DNA of 63,854 nucleotides, the filler included, from Reclinomonas americana ATCC 50394 (taxonomy: Eukaryota), in NCBI GenBank assembly GCA_048213135.1. It is 4 parts of one record of this genome, joined end to end, with 100 filler letters (N's around TTAATTAATTAA, not from the genome) between each part and the next. Parts side by side here need not be neighbours in the genome. Positions count along the whole stretch, not along the records: positions 14,978 to 41,861 come from PS015040.1; 3 more parts are not named here. One strand, 5' to 3'. Below the pieces are notes generated by a model. It was not told the origin of the DNA. It saw only the letters and a list, made by a program, of their open reading frames with translations, and did not search any database. The position numbers and the translations under genes were made by a program. This document shows, piece after piece, positions 26,703-41,961 of this stretch (position 1 is the first letter of the stretch; every line of letters starts with the position of its first letter).

Positions 26703-28174
26703 ATGCAAAGCGATAACAACACATTACGTTCAGTCTTCTTCCTCTCTCTTTCTCTCTCTTTCTTTCACAAGTGTCACTCACTGCTCAACCGTGCTGCAGA
26801 CTCCGTCTCCTTATCTCCAGGCAAAGTTTCGCATCTCTCTTTCTCACTCACTCAGTCTCTGTCTGTGTGTATGCTCACTCTCTGCGCTCATGTGTAGTTT
26901 TTGTTTGCGGGTGCCGCTGCACGCTGCTCAGCTGCCTTGCTGCTGTACCCGTTTGATTTGGTCAAGACACGACTGCAACATCAAAAGGACGGGAAAGCCG
27001 CTGCTGTCCCCGGTCAGTCTCCACCCTCACCACCACGCACACACTCTCACTGTCATTCTCACACTCATGTGGACACAGGCGCACGGCTTCCCTACAGGAA
27101 CTTCACTGATGCGGTCGTTCGTATCTATCGGGAGGAGGGATTGAGAGCGTTTTACAGAGTTGCGTGCGCTGCATCACTCTCTTTCTCTCGACTCTGCTGA
27201 CGGTTTCGCGCTGTGATAGGGTCTCTCTCTGCGACTGTTGTATGTGGCACCGGCGGCCGCCGTCAGCTTCTTCATGTACGAGGAGGCCAAGCTGATCTTC
27301 ACAGCCTATTCGAACCGCAACAAGCCGAGTGATCCGCCACCGCCGACGCACCATCACAGTGGCATGGAGAAGATGGCCACTGTGTTCTCCTCCAAGCCCG
27401 TTCTCACCTTTGCCGCCGGTGCCTTTGCCAATGGTTTGTAGGTGGCATTGCCTGCGCGCATCACCACCATCTGCTCATGTGGTGCGGCGAACGCAGTGCT
27501 GGGCACGGCGTGCAGAACACCATTCGACATTGTGAAGCAGCAGATGCAAATCTATGCGCAGGGCACGCGCAAGAAGCTCAGCTTGCGCTCGGCGCTGGAT
27601 CGAGTGATCTCGACGAATGGTGTGTGGGGTCTGTGGAAAGGCTTCCCCATTGCACTGATGCGCGATGTGCCGTTTGCCGGTCTCTATTTCACAGTTGACT
27701 ACGATCCCCCTTTCCCACCACCCCTTCTCCCCTTGCTCACCTCGCGTCTCCCAGATCTACGAAGGCATGAAGCATCTCTTCCAGGCGCTGTTCACAGTGG
27801 AGAACACGGATGAGCGCGGCGAGGCGCGCAAGACGTTGCATCACTTGGTGAGCGGTGCAGTTGCCGGCTTGGTGTCCACGTCGGTCACGATGCCGGTGGA
27901 TGTGTTGAAGACGCGCATTCAAACGCATCCCGCCATTCCGCCACCAAGAATATGGGAGGAGGCGCAGACACTGTACAGAGAGTCGGGCTCCGGTGGCTTC
28001 ACCAAGGGTACTGTTTGTTTTCTGTGCACCACCGCTTTTTCCTGATGTCGCACTGACTCGGAGTGTGTCGTAGGTCTGGCCGCCAGGCTCATGGTCGTCG
28101 TACCCAGTGCGTCGCTCACGTTTGCGTTCTACGAGCGCTACAAACTCTGGTTGTCGCGCTTGCCGTGGTGGTGA
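26703..28174 (+). CDS. Mitochondrial carrier family (SLC25) protein, 8 exons
   Basis: Three carrier signatures (PFDLVKTRLQ, PFDIVKQQMQ, PVDVLKTRIQ), plus EEGLRAFYRG and GLWKGFPIALMRDVPF. Confidence 0.93.
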
Positions 28175-28238
28175 TTTGGTAAACAAGGAACATGCACAGA
28201 ACCGATATGCGGCGTGCTTCAACGTGATCTACACTGTG

Positions 28239-31200
28239 TCACCCTGGTGGCTTCACGTGCAGCGAGTACATGCCATTGTCGACATCGAGCTTGTCGTCGG
28301 CCGCCAGCTTGTTGAGGAACGTGCACAGCTCCTGCAGCGACAGGTCGAACGGCGGGTCCACGACAAACATTTTGAGCATGTTGTGCATCTTGGCCGCCGA
28401 CAGGTGCTGGAAGTTGGTCAGCATGCCTAGCATCACAAAAGAGAGAGAGCACGATCAGCATTATGTAGACTCGGCACATCTGCGAGCCTCTCTCCCCAGC
28501 ACGTACCAATGATGAATGACTCGTACACCTTGGACTGCTGCGCTCGCTCAGCGTCAATGGCGGCCGCCACCGACGAGTCCTCCGCCTGTGCATTGGCGCC
28601 GGCGTCGGCCTGCGCGGCAGAGGAGCGATCGCCGAGCGACTTGACCAGCTCGAAGCGTGCGCTGTCGCCAGCGAGGGACAGCAGCAGGCCGCGACTCGAC
28701 CAGTAGGCCACGCTCTTTTGCACCACAGCCGGCTGGCACTCCATCGCGCGCGCAAGATCACCAATCTCCCACACGGGTTGATCGAAGAAGTGGAGAACGG
28801 TGGTGGCGTGCAGTGGCGGCACCGTCACCGAGAGCGTCGTGTCGTCAAACGGCAGCTCCAGATCGATGCGGCCCAGCTGCAGACACCACACCAACTGTCG
28901 CGGTGCCTTGAGCGAGTTGTAGTGCTTGCCGTAGCGAGTCATCAAGCTGCCCAACAGCAGTGAGTCGTTCTGGAAGACACATTGTCAAGCGATTGGTGGA
29001 CGCAACTGCGCAATGCCCGGATGCGCCTTGAATGTCTCCTCGGCGGGCAAGGTCGGCCAAAACAGCCGCGACAGAATCGTGCACCCAACGTGCTCTTCTG
29101 CACCTCCCTCCACGGGCGATGCCTGTTGCTCGGCGCGCACTTTTGACACGTAGTTGGTGTAGATGCGCTTGGAGTCCGCGATATCCTTTAGCATCACTTC
29201 GCACTGCTGCAGTGCCGCCTCGCCGAAACGGATCTTGAGCAGTTCCAGCACACGGCGCTGCGGTATGAAACACAGAAGAGTGACTCTCTTGAAAGACTCA
29301 CTTTTCTCCCTGCCAGTCAGGCACCACGCAACATCGCGATCCGTCTGAAAGTCTTGCGCCTTCAGCAGGTGATCGGCGAGAATGGAGCGATACTCGGCCA
29401 CAAACAGATCCTTGTTGCCGTACATGGCCACCAGCGAACCGATAATGTCCGTCTCCTCGTGCTTCGGTGCATCCATGCTTGGATCCGGTTGCACCGGCTG
29501 CGCTCGCCAGTACACGTCCTTGCTGAAATCGTAGTCATAGTCGGGCGCCGAAGCAAGCGAATCGCCCCCACTCGATGTCGGCTCACTTGGTCCCAGGCTC
29601 AGCAGCGACGTCAGGGAGCGTGAGTTGACACTGCGAGACAACTCGGCATACAGCTCGCTCTGCGGGTCCTCCACCAGTGCCGACACAATGCAGCGCACAG
29701 TGTCCTTGCGCCCGCTGCGGATCAAGGTGAGCGTTGGGGGAAAGGGGGAGTGAAAAATCAACTTTGTTGTACGAACCGCAGGTACGAATGGAAGGGCTCG
29801 TTAACAACTGACAGTGTGACGCCGGTGGGGTCGAGTAATCTCAACACCTTGATGGTGGAGATGAACTGATCGAGAATGAGAGCCGTGGGTGCGCCCGGGT
29901 GAAGCAGGCGCTTCTTGAATCTACGTGTGTTGCACAAAGAGTCAATCGTGTGAAACTGCATGTTCGAGCAAAGGAGCGACGGTCGCGCAACATTTCCATG
30001 GCCATGGACGGCAGCTGGAAATGCCTGCCCGTGTGCACCAAGCTCTCTTTCAGATCCAGCACAGCCGGCTTGCTTTCTGGAAACTCGACAATGATCTCAA
30101 ACAGCTCGCTCATTCTGTGTGCGCAGTGTGAGGCGACGACGGTGGAGCGACGGCAGAGCCAAACAAACGCACCGCAGTTTCGCAAAACACTCAAACGTGT
30201 GCGCCGTCACGCACTCGGACCACCGTTGCAGAGCCGACACGCCAAAGAGATCGTCGCTTCGAATCGTGCTTGGTGGGGAGCTGCTGTCGAGTGAGACATT
30301 CGGGAAGAGCGTGAACTGCTACTTCGTGGAACGCAACAAGGCGCCCGCCACTCCCGACGCCATGCTGCTGTCCATGAGACCGTGCTTCGCATGCGGTCGC
30401 ATCTGCATCCAGGCCAGCGGGACGGCCCTCGCCCACTCCTGTGCACGCGCAAGCAGCGGTACACCAAACGCATCTCGGCAGCGTTCCTCGACGACCTTGG
30501 TGACGCACTCGAGGACCAGTGACATGCCCAGATCCTGCATGACCAGCGCCAATCCCATTTCACGCAGCTGCACAAAGGCGTCACGCAGCTGCGCCTGCTC
30601 ACAAGAACGACAACATGGTCATCACCACCACTGCATGCAGAGCGGCGGCTTCACACAGACACACCTGTGACTCCTCGTCCACATTGTCGGCAACGACACC
30701 GGCCTCCTCCAGCTCCTCATCGCTCACCACGTACATGTTGGTCGCATCAGCATCGTCGTCGTCATCATCATCATCACTGGCCGACGACTGCGATCGCTGA
30801 CAAGTCACTCGATACCACAACAGACTGCGCGCGAGAACCGCCCGCAGAGCACGTGCAGTCCACGACGGCGCACTGCACTCCAAGTGCAACTGCAGCTCTC
30901 GCACCGCACTGCGTGTGTTGGATGGAGAGCATGAGCGCGCGGGGCGGGAAAGCAGTTGTGACTCCACACACACACACCCTTGCTGCGTGTAATGAGTCTC
31001 CAGCCCGCCCAGATCCATCGATAGTCGAGAGAAGCGATCGTGCAGTGCGTGAGTGAGCGATGCCAGTGTCGCACACTGCTCAGTCACAGACTGGTGCTGC
31101 TCACACACAATCAGCAACGCACTCGCACACGATGATGCTCTCTCACTCGCACACACACACACACACACACCTGCGCGGCTTTCAGAGGTTGCCAGAACTC

Positions 31201-31427
31201 GTCGCATACACATCGCCGCCACTCATCCATGATGCTCTCTGTGTGCACGTGTGTGAGAGAGGGAGGGGAAGAGAGAGAGAGCAGGAAAGAGACAACTCAC
31301 TCTCACCTTCTGCCCACATTGATTCCACGGTGGATGTCGCCGACATGGAGGCGAAAGCGAGTGCCGAGGAGATGGGTGGCATGGAGGCGCCCATGGCCAG
31401 GTCCTCGTCAGAGTGCACTTGACCCAT
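28239..31427 (-). CDS. ANAPC2: Anaphase-promoting complex subunit 2 (cullin homology), about 12 exons
   Basis: LRMSELFEIIVEFPESKPAVLDLK, RLLHPGA, RLLDPTGV, RKDTVRCIV, LELLKIRFGEAALQQCEVMLKDIADSKRI, ILSRLFWP, GMLTNF...MHNMLKMF. Start codon uncertain. Confidence 0.93.
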
Positions 31428-31528
31428 TTGCACACAGATGAGGCGCGAAAAACAGCAAAGGACAGTCGCTGCGGTGATCGACGACTTCAGAGCGTTTTAC
31501 TCGAGCACTCCTCCACACGGATGAAGTA

Positions 31529-33401
<1,873 letters not shown>

Positions 33402-34149
33402 TCTCTCTCAGTGACTACACAACTCGGAGAATTTGAAGGGGGTGTGCGAGCATCGGTGACCCTTAAATTTTTCGAAAGTGAACCCTTAAGTTTTCCTGGG
33501 CCTCTTCATGTACCCCTTAACTTTTTGGCATCCTTGTACGTCATGGATCCCGGGCAGCTGCAGCCTCACCGCGGTTCCGTCGAGTGCCGTCTTGTGTCCA
33601 AGGATGTGGAGGAATGCATCGTCAACCGTACCTACAACCCCACTGCATGCTGGCCGCGCGCAGCGCGCGCTCCGTTTTGCTGAGCTATCGACAACGACAC
33701 TGTTCAACACTCACGTGCTAGAGCAGCTGGCCTTGCCCGACAGTGGAGATCGCGCAAGTCTCACTGTTCTCCAAGCAGACGAGGAGTGGAGTGTGCACCT
33801 TCTCTCCTGCGGAAATGTTGCGTTTGCGCCAGACTTGTTCAGTAACCACTGCAACTGCACGCGCGCGCGCACACACACACACACATGCACTCAAGCACAC
33901 AAGCACATGCACAGTTGGCACAGTGTTAATTCTCCGCACATTTTGCGGCTCACTGCATTCCTCGTCTCCACCCATGCAGGGCGAAGCATGCAGGCCAACA
34001 GTATGACTATGACCTTGTACCGTGGCGACCTACCTGGCAAAGTGACCTCCTACAGCAGGCACAGGAATCGGTGCTGTTCCTTGTCGGTGAGTGGTGGCTC
34101 ATTTGCGTCTGTGGTTCCGCTGTCGCACTCAAATCAGAACAGTGGTTTG

Positions 34150-37100
34150 CACTGCTGTTCCACGCGAGCGCATTGTCAACACCGTACTGTCTTATCGTGG
34201 TGGAGCTGGTGGTGGTTCCATTGGCAAGCGCGTTCGCGAAGGAGACGGCGATGAAGATGGGCAGCAGGAGAAACGCAAATTCGTCGCATGCGCAGNNNNN
34301 NNNNNNNNNNNNNNNNNNNNNNNNNNNNNNNNNNNNNNNNNNNNNNNNNNNNNNNNNNNNNNNNNNNNNNNNNNNNNNNNNNNNNNNNNNNNNNNNNNNN
34401 NNNNNNNNNNNNNNNNNNNNNNNNNNNNNNNNNNNNATGGTCGCCGGCACCTGCATGGGTGCATATGTGCTGTCCACCCACACAAACGTGAGTATGGCAG
34501 GAAGAAAAACGCATTTTCACTGCCCACCGCCAACACCACACAACTTCCAGTGGGCGCGGAAGATAATATCGACGCCAACTTCGTACAGATCGGTGAGGAA
34601 ATGCGCGTCTTCGAACGACGAGGCCATCTTGCTGACTGGTGAAGTCACATGGTCTGCACATCACTGCTTGGTCAATATGCGCACAACAGATAAAAACACA
34701 TGATGGACCACGCACATCCTGCCAGGTTTCCAAAGGCACGCAGTTTGAACGGCTCAAAGAGGCGGAAAATGGCTCCGATGGCGTTGAACCAGAGATGCAC
34801 GTGACCGGTGACCGGTGTGAACATGGACGAGAACTCTGCCGACTGTGTGCGAAGTGAGCAGGAATGCACACATATGAGATGGTGCACTGCACTGCGCTGC
34901 GCACCACATCGCTGGAACCGAGCGGATCGATCTTGCCATCCGTGAACATGGCGTGCACGCGCTCACGGACACGCACCACGCACGAGTACTCGTTGTCGCT
35001 GAGTTCATGGTGGCGTGCTAGCAATGGACGTGTGACGGGTTCGCTGCTGGCGCCGACATCGTGCGCGTCAGCGGGCGGCACCCCCATACGGTGATGCTCC
35101 TCGGCCTCTTTGACTGCGTGGAAGCGCTCGCGGTACACTGGGAACCCGTACAGCATGTTCACGTAGCGGTGGAACAGATCCGGACGCGCGCCTGGCACAC
35201 AATAACATGAATGAGTGCACACACACACAAACTTGGGAAAGACAATCTTCGCACCCAACACAATCTTGTTGTACGGCAAGCCAGCGTCGATGCGCTCGAG
35301 CATGTGATCCACCATCGGCTCCAGCGCATACAGAATGTGTTCGGCCACCACAATGTCGGACTCGATGGTGGAGGCGCCCTCGCGCAGAAGCGGAAGGACC
35401 ACAAACTGCGAATGCGGCGGTCCTTTCGGGCTCATCAGCACATCGTCGGTGGGGTCCTCCAACTCCCCACGCGGCAACGGCAGCACCACGTTGCAGTACT
35501 TGAGTGCCGCGGCCGCAAACGTCTCGCCGGCAACATGCAGCGCCTCACTGCGCACCGACACACACGGTGAGCAGAGCAGAAGAGTAAGGGGAGCAGGGGA
35601 TCAGTATAGACGCACGTATCCATGGCCTGCAAGGCGTCCGCATGCAGCAGGAAATCATGCACGCCCGGCGGCGGGGCAACTCCACTCCGCCACTCCCAGT
35701 ACGCGGGCTCGGCCGAGCACGAGTCCAACTCGTCCGTCGGCAGCCACACTTTCACCAGACCAAGCATGGTGTGATCGAATCTGTCCTCAAAGGTCAGTGT
35801 CGGGTGGTGGAGTGTGTCGGCCACCACTGCCACGACCAGTGTCTCCTGTCGGTGGAGAAGGGGTAGAAGTTAGAGACACGTGCATAAAAAACACTGCGAA
35901 CCAGACGCACCAGTGAGCCGTCGGCCACCTTCACGGCGCCTTCAAACGAGCCAGCGGCAATCTCGGTGCGCAGGTCGGCCTGCACACGCTGCAAATGATT
36001 CGGCGCACGCAGCTCGAGAAGCTGCGAGACGCGCTCATCGCTGAAAAAGGCCGACGACAACGTGCGCATAACGTCGAGCTCGTGGGCCGACGGTGGGTGG
36101 TCGCGGAGGTACACGCTGAGCACGAGAGCAATGCCAGAAAACTGCTGCGCACTTTTGGCACGGAAGAGACCCGACAGGGTGCACAGCAGCGGCACAGGCA
36201 GAATATCCTTGCCCTCGAAAGCCTTTCGCAGGGTTGGGTGAGAGGAAGAAGAAGAAGAAGAAAAAGAAAATGAAGAAGAAGCGCACAACAGACCTCCATG
36301 TGTGCCAGCGGGCGCTTACGGTTCTGAGGAATCAGCGGCACAGTGTCGTCGGCCGGCGGAACGTGGTGTGCGTACAGCTGCGTGATGAAATTGAAGCAGA
36401 ACGGAGCGTTTCGTCGCACACTGTATTAGTAAAGAAGTGAGACCACTTACGCAAGAAAGAAGGCGACAGTGCATATCTCCACACAAACCAGTCTTGGAAT
36501 TGCCACAGAAACTGTGGGAGAGAGATTGCAAATGTTCAGCAACTACAGCAGGTGCATCAAGCATTCTCCACCCACCTGAAAGATGCTGTCGGGTGTGACG
36601 AGACTGGCCGCCATGAAGTCGATGAACAGCTGATTGGTCTTGTGCCATTCGGTCCACACCGCAGAGCGCTCACGCTCCACCACGTTGTGGATCGCCGACA
36701 GTGGCAGCGTTGCTTGGTGCACCGATGTGTCCCCGACGCCCTCGTCCACCATCATGCCACCCTCTTCGTCGGGCGACACGGCGCCTGTGAGTCGTGCATG
36801 TGCTTCGCGGAGAGCGGCCGCGAGGATGGCCACCGTGAATCGATACTCGGGAGCGAAAACGCGATGCCATAGGGGCGCAAAGAAGTCGGGTCGTCGCAGC
36901 GGCTTGCGATTGACGCCGGCGTCCTCGATCAGCGCGTCCATGTGCCTACATATGCGCATTCAGCAGGGCCAATCATGGAAGATCTGCAAGATATACATAC
37001 GGCTCACCGTATGCCATGCACTCGCTCCTCGTGCCGCTCGGCTGCATCATGCGGACGTACAAAGTGCAATACGGGGCTCACAAAGTGCTCCAACACGGAC

Positions 37101-37707
37101 TCGTTCACCCCGGCCGAGACCTCCGGTGGAAAATGCTCGCGCAGCACATGTGCAATCACCTGGAGTGCGTGCTGTCGTTGTGCGACTGCCGACAGTAAGA
37201 GTGTGTAAGAATCAATATCATCGTGATCGAACAGATTGCCTGGTTGCCGCCGCCGCCGCCGCCACTCACCATCCGAGGGAATCGAGAATCGTGGTGGGCC
37301 CTCGGTGGGATGTCGCGGACGCAGAAGGCTACTGAGTGGAGCCTCAAGCACCTGGCGCAAAGGCGACACACACGTAAGCGAAGGAGGTGGAAAAAGATTC
37401 CTGCCATCATTCACCTCACCTTGTTGTCAAACACCAGCGACGCCAGCACGTAGAATGGAATCTGGGCATGGCAGCACACGTGACTCACTGTGATGCTCCC
37501 AGCAGAAGCAGCAGCACGAGAGAAGAGAAAGAGAGAGCAAAAAGCAACACAAGAGATGCGAATCTCGCTCACCTCCCAGGGGAATGGAGTGACGACCGTG
37601 GACAACTCGCGCGCCTCGCTCTCCGTGACTCCAGGCAGTGAGAAACGAATGCCACTCGAGTCAGAGACCGCCGGTGCAGCAGAGGAAGACGACGAGGAGG
37701 ATGCCAT
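34150..37707 (-). CDS. Large hypothetical protein (at least 13 exons; 3' end uncertain)
   Basis: Starts MASSSSSSSAAPAVSDSSGIRFSLPG. Successive open exons are bounded by GT-AG introns. No domain recognised; the 3' part crosses an N gap and may extend to about 33700. Confidence 0.65.
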
Positions 37708-37816
37708 GGCGCACGCAACAAGTCGGAAGAACACAGAAGCAGGACGATGGTGACAAACATGACAAGCACGAGGGGAAGGGTATAATTACAGCAGCACCCA
37801 CAAGGAAAAGAGCAGA

Positions 37817-38690
37817 TTACATGCTACCACGCAGGCGTGGCACCTCCGCATCGAGCAGTCCCTGCGGCGGCTTCACGCACTGCACACCAGCGGGTCGCGT
37901 GGCGACATCCGGCGGCAGCGTCGCGCCCAAGTCCGTCACCGAGTACCAGTCGTAGCGCACATTCGTGCTGTTCCAGCCCATGATCGTAAACGGCTCACTG
38001 AGCAGCACCAGTCAACAGTCAACAGACGACCGACGTGCACGAAAGAAAAGCTATTGTTATCCAGCAGACCTCGCGGTGACCCACGAGTAGAACGTGTTCT
38101 GCTGATTGAACACGTTGAAGATGCCACGGAAGGCATACGCCTCCACTCCACGCACAAGCTCCATGCCCACAAACGTGGTGTTGGCCAGCAGGTCTTGCGG
38201 AAACACGTCTGCGCACATCAGAAGTTATCGTATGTTCGAGTTTTCTCTCTCTCGCGTCCTCGTCGCGCAACTGCTGGTGGCATCCGTGTGCACACACATG
38301 AGCGAGCCAGCAGCCGATCCATACAAAAAGTACTCAAACTGCACGCGTAATGCCGAGTCAGCAACCACGCAGTCAGTCTTTTGACTGACCACTCCCCTCG
38401 CCGACCTGATCAGTCTTTGTGACATACTCGCGATTGTAGACCAGCGGGCCCAACAGTGTGGCATCCTCGCGATACAACACCGACTCCCCATTGGCATCAA
38501 ACGAGAACCAGGCCATCATGGAGCCCTGTGTGACACCCGCACAAAAGGCGCTCTTGCCGGAGCATTGCACACTGCCGGTGACAAAGGCGTTGGTCGGAAG
38601 CTTTGGCCGCGGAGGTGCGGCGGTGACAATCACGGTGGCTGTTGCGGCGAGCAACAGAAGTGAGAGGAGGAGGAGGAGTGCGCGACGCAT
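37817..38690 (-). CDS. Secreted/lysosomal protein, possibly ependymin-related (LolA-fold), 4 exons
   Basis: Signal peptide MRRALLLLLSLLLLAATA followed by PPRPKLP, beta-rich FVGMELVRGVEAYAF, N-glycosylation sequons and C-terminal LPPDVATRPAGVQC. The family call is pattern-based only. Confidence 0.6.
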
Positions 38691-38761
38691 GAGTGTGAGA
38701 AGAGTGAGAAGGCTGCAGGACACTGTCTTTGTTCGTTTGTTTGTTGTGGAGGGAGTGAGAG

Positions 38762-40904
38762 ATGGATCCGTCGTTGTTCTCACTGGAGACTACTGGTCTC
38801 ATTGTCTTTGTTGCGTCTGCAAGTGCTACTGTGTGCACTGTGTGTGTGAGAGAGACAAGCACGTGATTGTTGTTGTTCCGCACTCTCTCTTTCTCTCGCT
38901 CTCTCTCCTCTCTCCCTCGCTCTCTCTCTCTCTCTGTGCATGTGTGTGTTTTGAAGCTCACACTGATCTCGCACAGTGGTGTTGTGTGATCGCGCTGGTG
39001 CTGTTGGTGACTGTTGCGCCCTCGCTCATGCTGTGGAAGGTCTGTGCCTGCTCTTCCGTCTTCATGTACTGTGCGACTCAAGTTGTGTGCTGTGCAGGGC
39101 TTTCCGTACTGGCGACGATGGTGGCATTTGCGACGCATTCCGCGTGTGGAAGGCAATCTGTTATACGGGTCGACTGTGGACTTCTTCTTTGGTGCGTGCG
39201 TGCGCGTCCTTGTGCTCCCCTTACGTGCACCACACTCACTTGGTGATTGTCGGGAACAGGCTGGCATCAGTACTTGGCGCGACAGCATGTGATTCTGGGT
39301 CGGATCATCACGGTGCGACTCGTCTTCAAGCCGGTGGTGGTGGTCGGTGACACGGACGCTGCGCGACGCGTTCTGTTTGACGATGAGGAGTCGCGCAAGT
39401 ATGGCATGTCGAGCTTCAACATGCTGCTGACTGATCTGCTGGGGCGGCATGCGGAGCCGCTGGCCAGCTGCCCGGCGGCGTCGCAGTTGGTGGAGAAGAC
39501 GCTGTCGGGCGGGGCGGTGCTTGCTCGCATGCGCGACACGGTGTGCGACGCGTGTGATGTGCTCGGGGACAAGCCCGAGGGTACCGTGTCGGAGGGCCAA
39601 CGCGTGCACATGACGTTTGCATTCGAGGCCATTATGCGGCTGTGCTTTGGTGAGGAGACGGGCGCGTTCGACCGTCACCCGAAAGTGCTCGAGTGCCTCG
39701 ATGAGATCATGATGGAGATCGATACGCGCTTCCACGACAGCAACGGCTACTTCTCCTGGCCCAACTCCAAGCGGCGCAAGGAGTGGGAGCAGAATGTGCA
39801 CTTTGTCACGCAGTACATTGACGACATGATCCAGTGCCGCGTGACGGAGCGCCTGTCGGGTGGCGACAGTAATGCGCCGACTGACCTGCTCGACTCCATG
39901 TTGGCCTCGTTCGGCAACTCGCCATCGGTGGAGCAGCTGAAGCAGCTGCGGTCGCACGTCCTCTGCGTGCTCGTGAGTGGCATCTACTCCACGGCCAGTC
40001 TGCTTGTGTGGGCCGTGTACTATGCCGCCACGAATCCGCAGGTGGCCACGAAGGTTTGGTGGATAGCATGTGCCCGTCTCGTCTCTACTGTGCCGTCGCT
40101 CACAACCAGTGCACATGCAGCTCCGCGAGGAGGCCGACCGCGTGTTCAAGAATCGCGCAGTGACAGTGACGCCGGCGGTGCTGGAATCGATGCGATACAC
40201 CGAGGCGTTCCTGATGGAGACCATGCGACTCGCACCGCCGGTGGTGAACCTGTCGCGACGAACGCTGGAGGCCACCACCATTGGGGGGTATCCGGTGCCC
40301 GCCGACGTGGATGTGATGATCTCGGTGTATGCGTTGCACACGGACAAGGATGTGTGGGGCGACCAGACGCTGGAGTTTTCACCGGAGCGCTTCATGGAGG
40401 ACTCTGCCGAGGCGCGCAAGCGACTCGAGTCGTTCTTTTTCCTGCCAGGTGAACTGTGGTCTCGCGTACCCACTCCAATCGCAAGAAGCTGTGCTAATCT
40501 CTCTCTCGCGCGCGCGTGTGTGTGTGTGTGTGGTTGTGTTGTTGAGCAGGCATGTGCCCGGGTGTTGACTTTGCGGTCAGACTCGGCAAACTGTACATTG
40601 CTGAGTTGATCCGACGGTGAATCCGAGTGCGTCTCTCCGCACGAACGCCCTCCCGTGTTCAAACTTGCTTTGTGTTGCAGGTTCGACATCGTGTTCCCAC
40701 CAGGACTCTCGCTGACGGGCGCGCCTGGCATGCACGGCATGCACTATGCCGCAGGTGAGAGGCAGTCTTGCTTATGTGGGGGAAGTGTCCATCCCTTTTC
40801 TGACTCTTTGGGCACTCGCAGAGGGCGTGCCTCTGTCGGTGCACAAGCGCGGTGGCGCACGCGCCGTCGATGCATCGGCGGCATCCGGCAGCGGTGCCAG
40901 ATAA
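38762..40904 (+). CDS. Cytochrome P450 with atypical motifs, 8 exons
   Basis: N-terminal TM anchor, I-helix VSGIYSTASLLVW, ExxR (ETMR), PERF, and the heme Cys in spliced FFFLPGMCPGVDFA. Confidence 0.9.
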
Positions 40905-41062
40905 TATTGTCAGTGTTGTGTCAGTGTGTGTTAATCGTCCACGTTAGAGATCTGCTGTTTGTGAAGCCGCGGCTCACCATGCATTTCCGAGGGGTTTCTG
41001 TGCATTCGCTGAGGCGTTGGCGACACTTGTCCAATCCTTCCACACTCACGACAGGTTTTCTT

Positions 41063-41696
41063 TCATTCAATCGTGGCCGTTCGCCGTGCTGCTGCGGCCC
41101 CACGCCGAATGGTGGTCATGCGGTAGTCCAGATCCTGAATCTGTCGAATGTACGCGTCCTTCATCGCCAGCAGCTGCGCATGCGCCTGGTTCATCTGTGC
41201 CACCTCCTCGCGCGGATCTGTCGACGGCGCCAGCTCGTCGAGTACCTCCTGACACTCCAGCTGCGCCGAGGCCGGCGCAGGCACGCGAGGAGTGCTCAGC
41301 AGACGCGCCAACTCAGCCGGTGGTCTCACCAGCACCAGTTCCTCAAACTGTTCCGAGACAACAGGCTGTGCTCCGTTTGCCGCCAGTAATGAGCATGCAA
41401 GCGAGCAAACGAGAGAGTGAAAGAGAGACAAACCTCGCTCTTGACAATGCCCGTGTGATCATGCAAGCGCAACCAGTGCGGCAACTGCACCGAGAAGCCA
41501 CCACGAAAGTTGATGGTGATGAGGATCTCAAACTCGCCCCAGCCCTCCTCAAACACCTCATACGGAGGTCGCTTGATGACACGCCGAGGCTCCGCAAACG
41601 TCTCGTGCAGATCAAACACCACACTCTCCAGCACCACACTCAAGTCGACATTGGCGTGTGGTGATCGCACATACGCACACCAGCGATGCGTTTTCT
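41063..41696 (-). CDS. YEATS-domain protein (Yaf9/GAS41-like), 5' end missing
   Basis: THRWCAYVRS, VVFDLHETFAEPRRVIKRPPYEVFEEGWGEFEI, HWLRLH, VVSEQFEELV, and a C-terminal coiled coil. Confidence 0.92.
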
Positions 41697-41720
41697 GTGA
41701 GCGGGAGAGTGATGAGGAAT

Positions 41721-41861
<141 letters not shown>

Positions 41862-41961
41862 NNNNNNNNNNNNNNNNNNNNNNNNNNNNNNNNNNNNNNN
41901 NNNNNTTAATTAATTAANNNNNNNNNNNNNNNNNNNNNNNNNNNNNNNNNNNNNNNNNNNN

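Noticed and set aside
29181-29188. ATATCCTT U12-type donor-like words (also near 36204)
   Set aside because: They lie antisense within coding exons. No minor-spliceosome intron was needed in any gene model.
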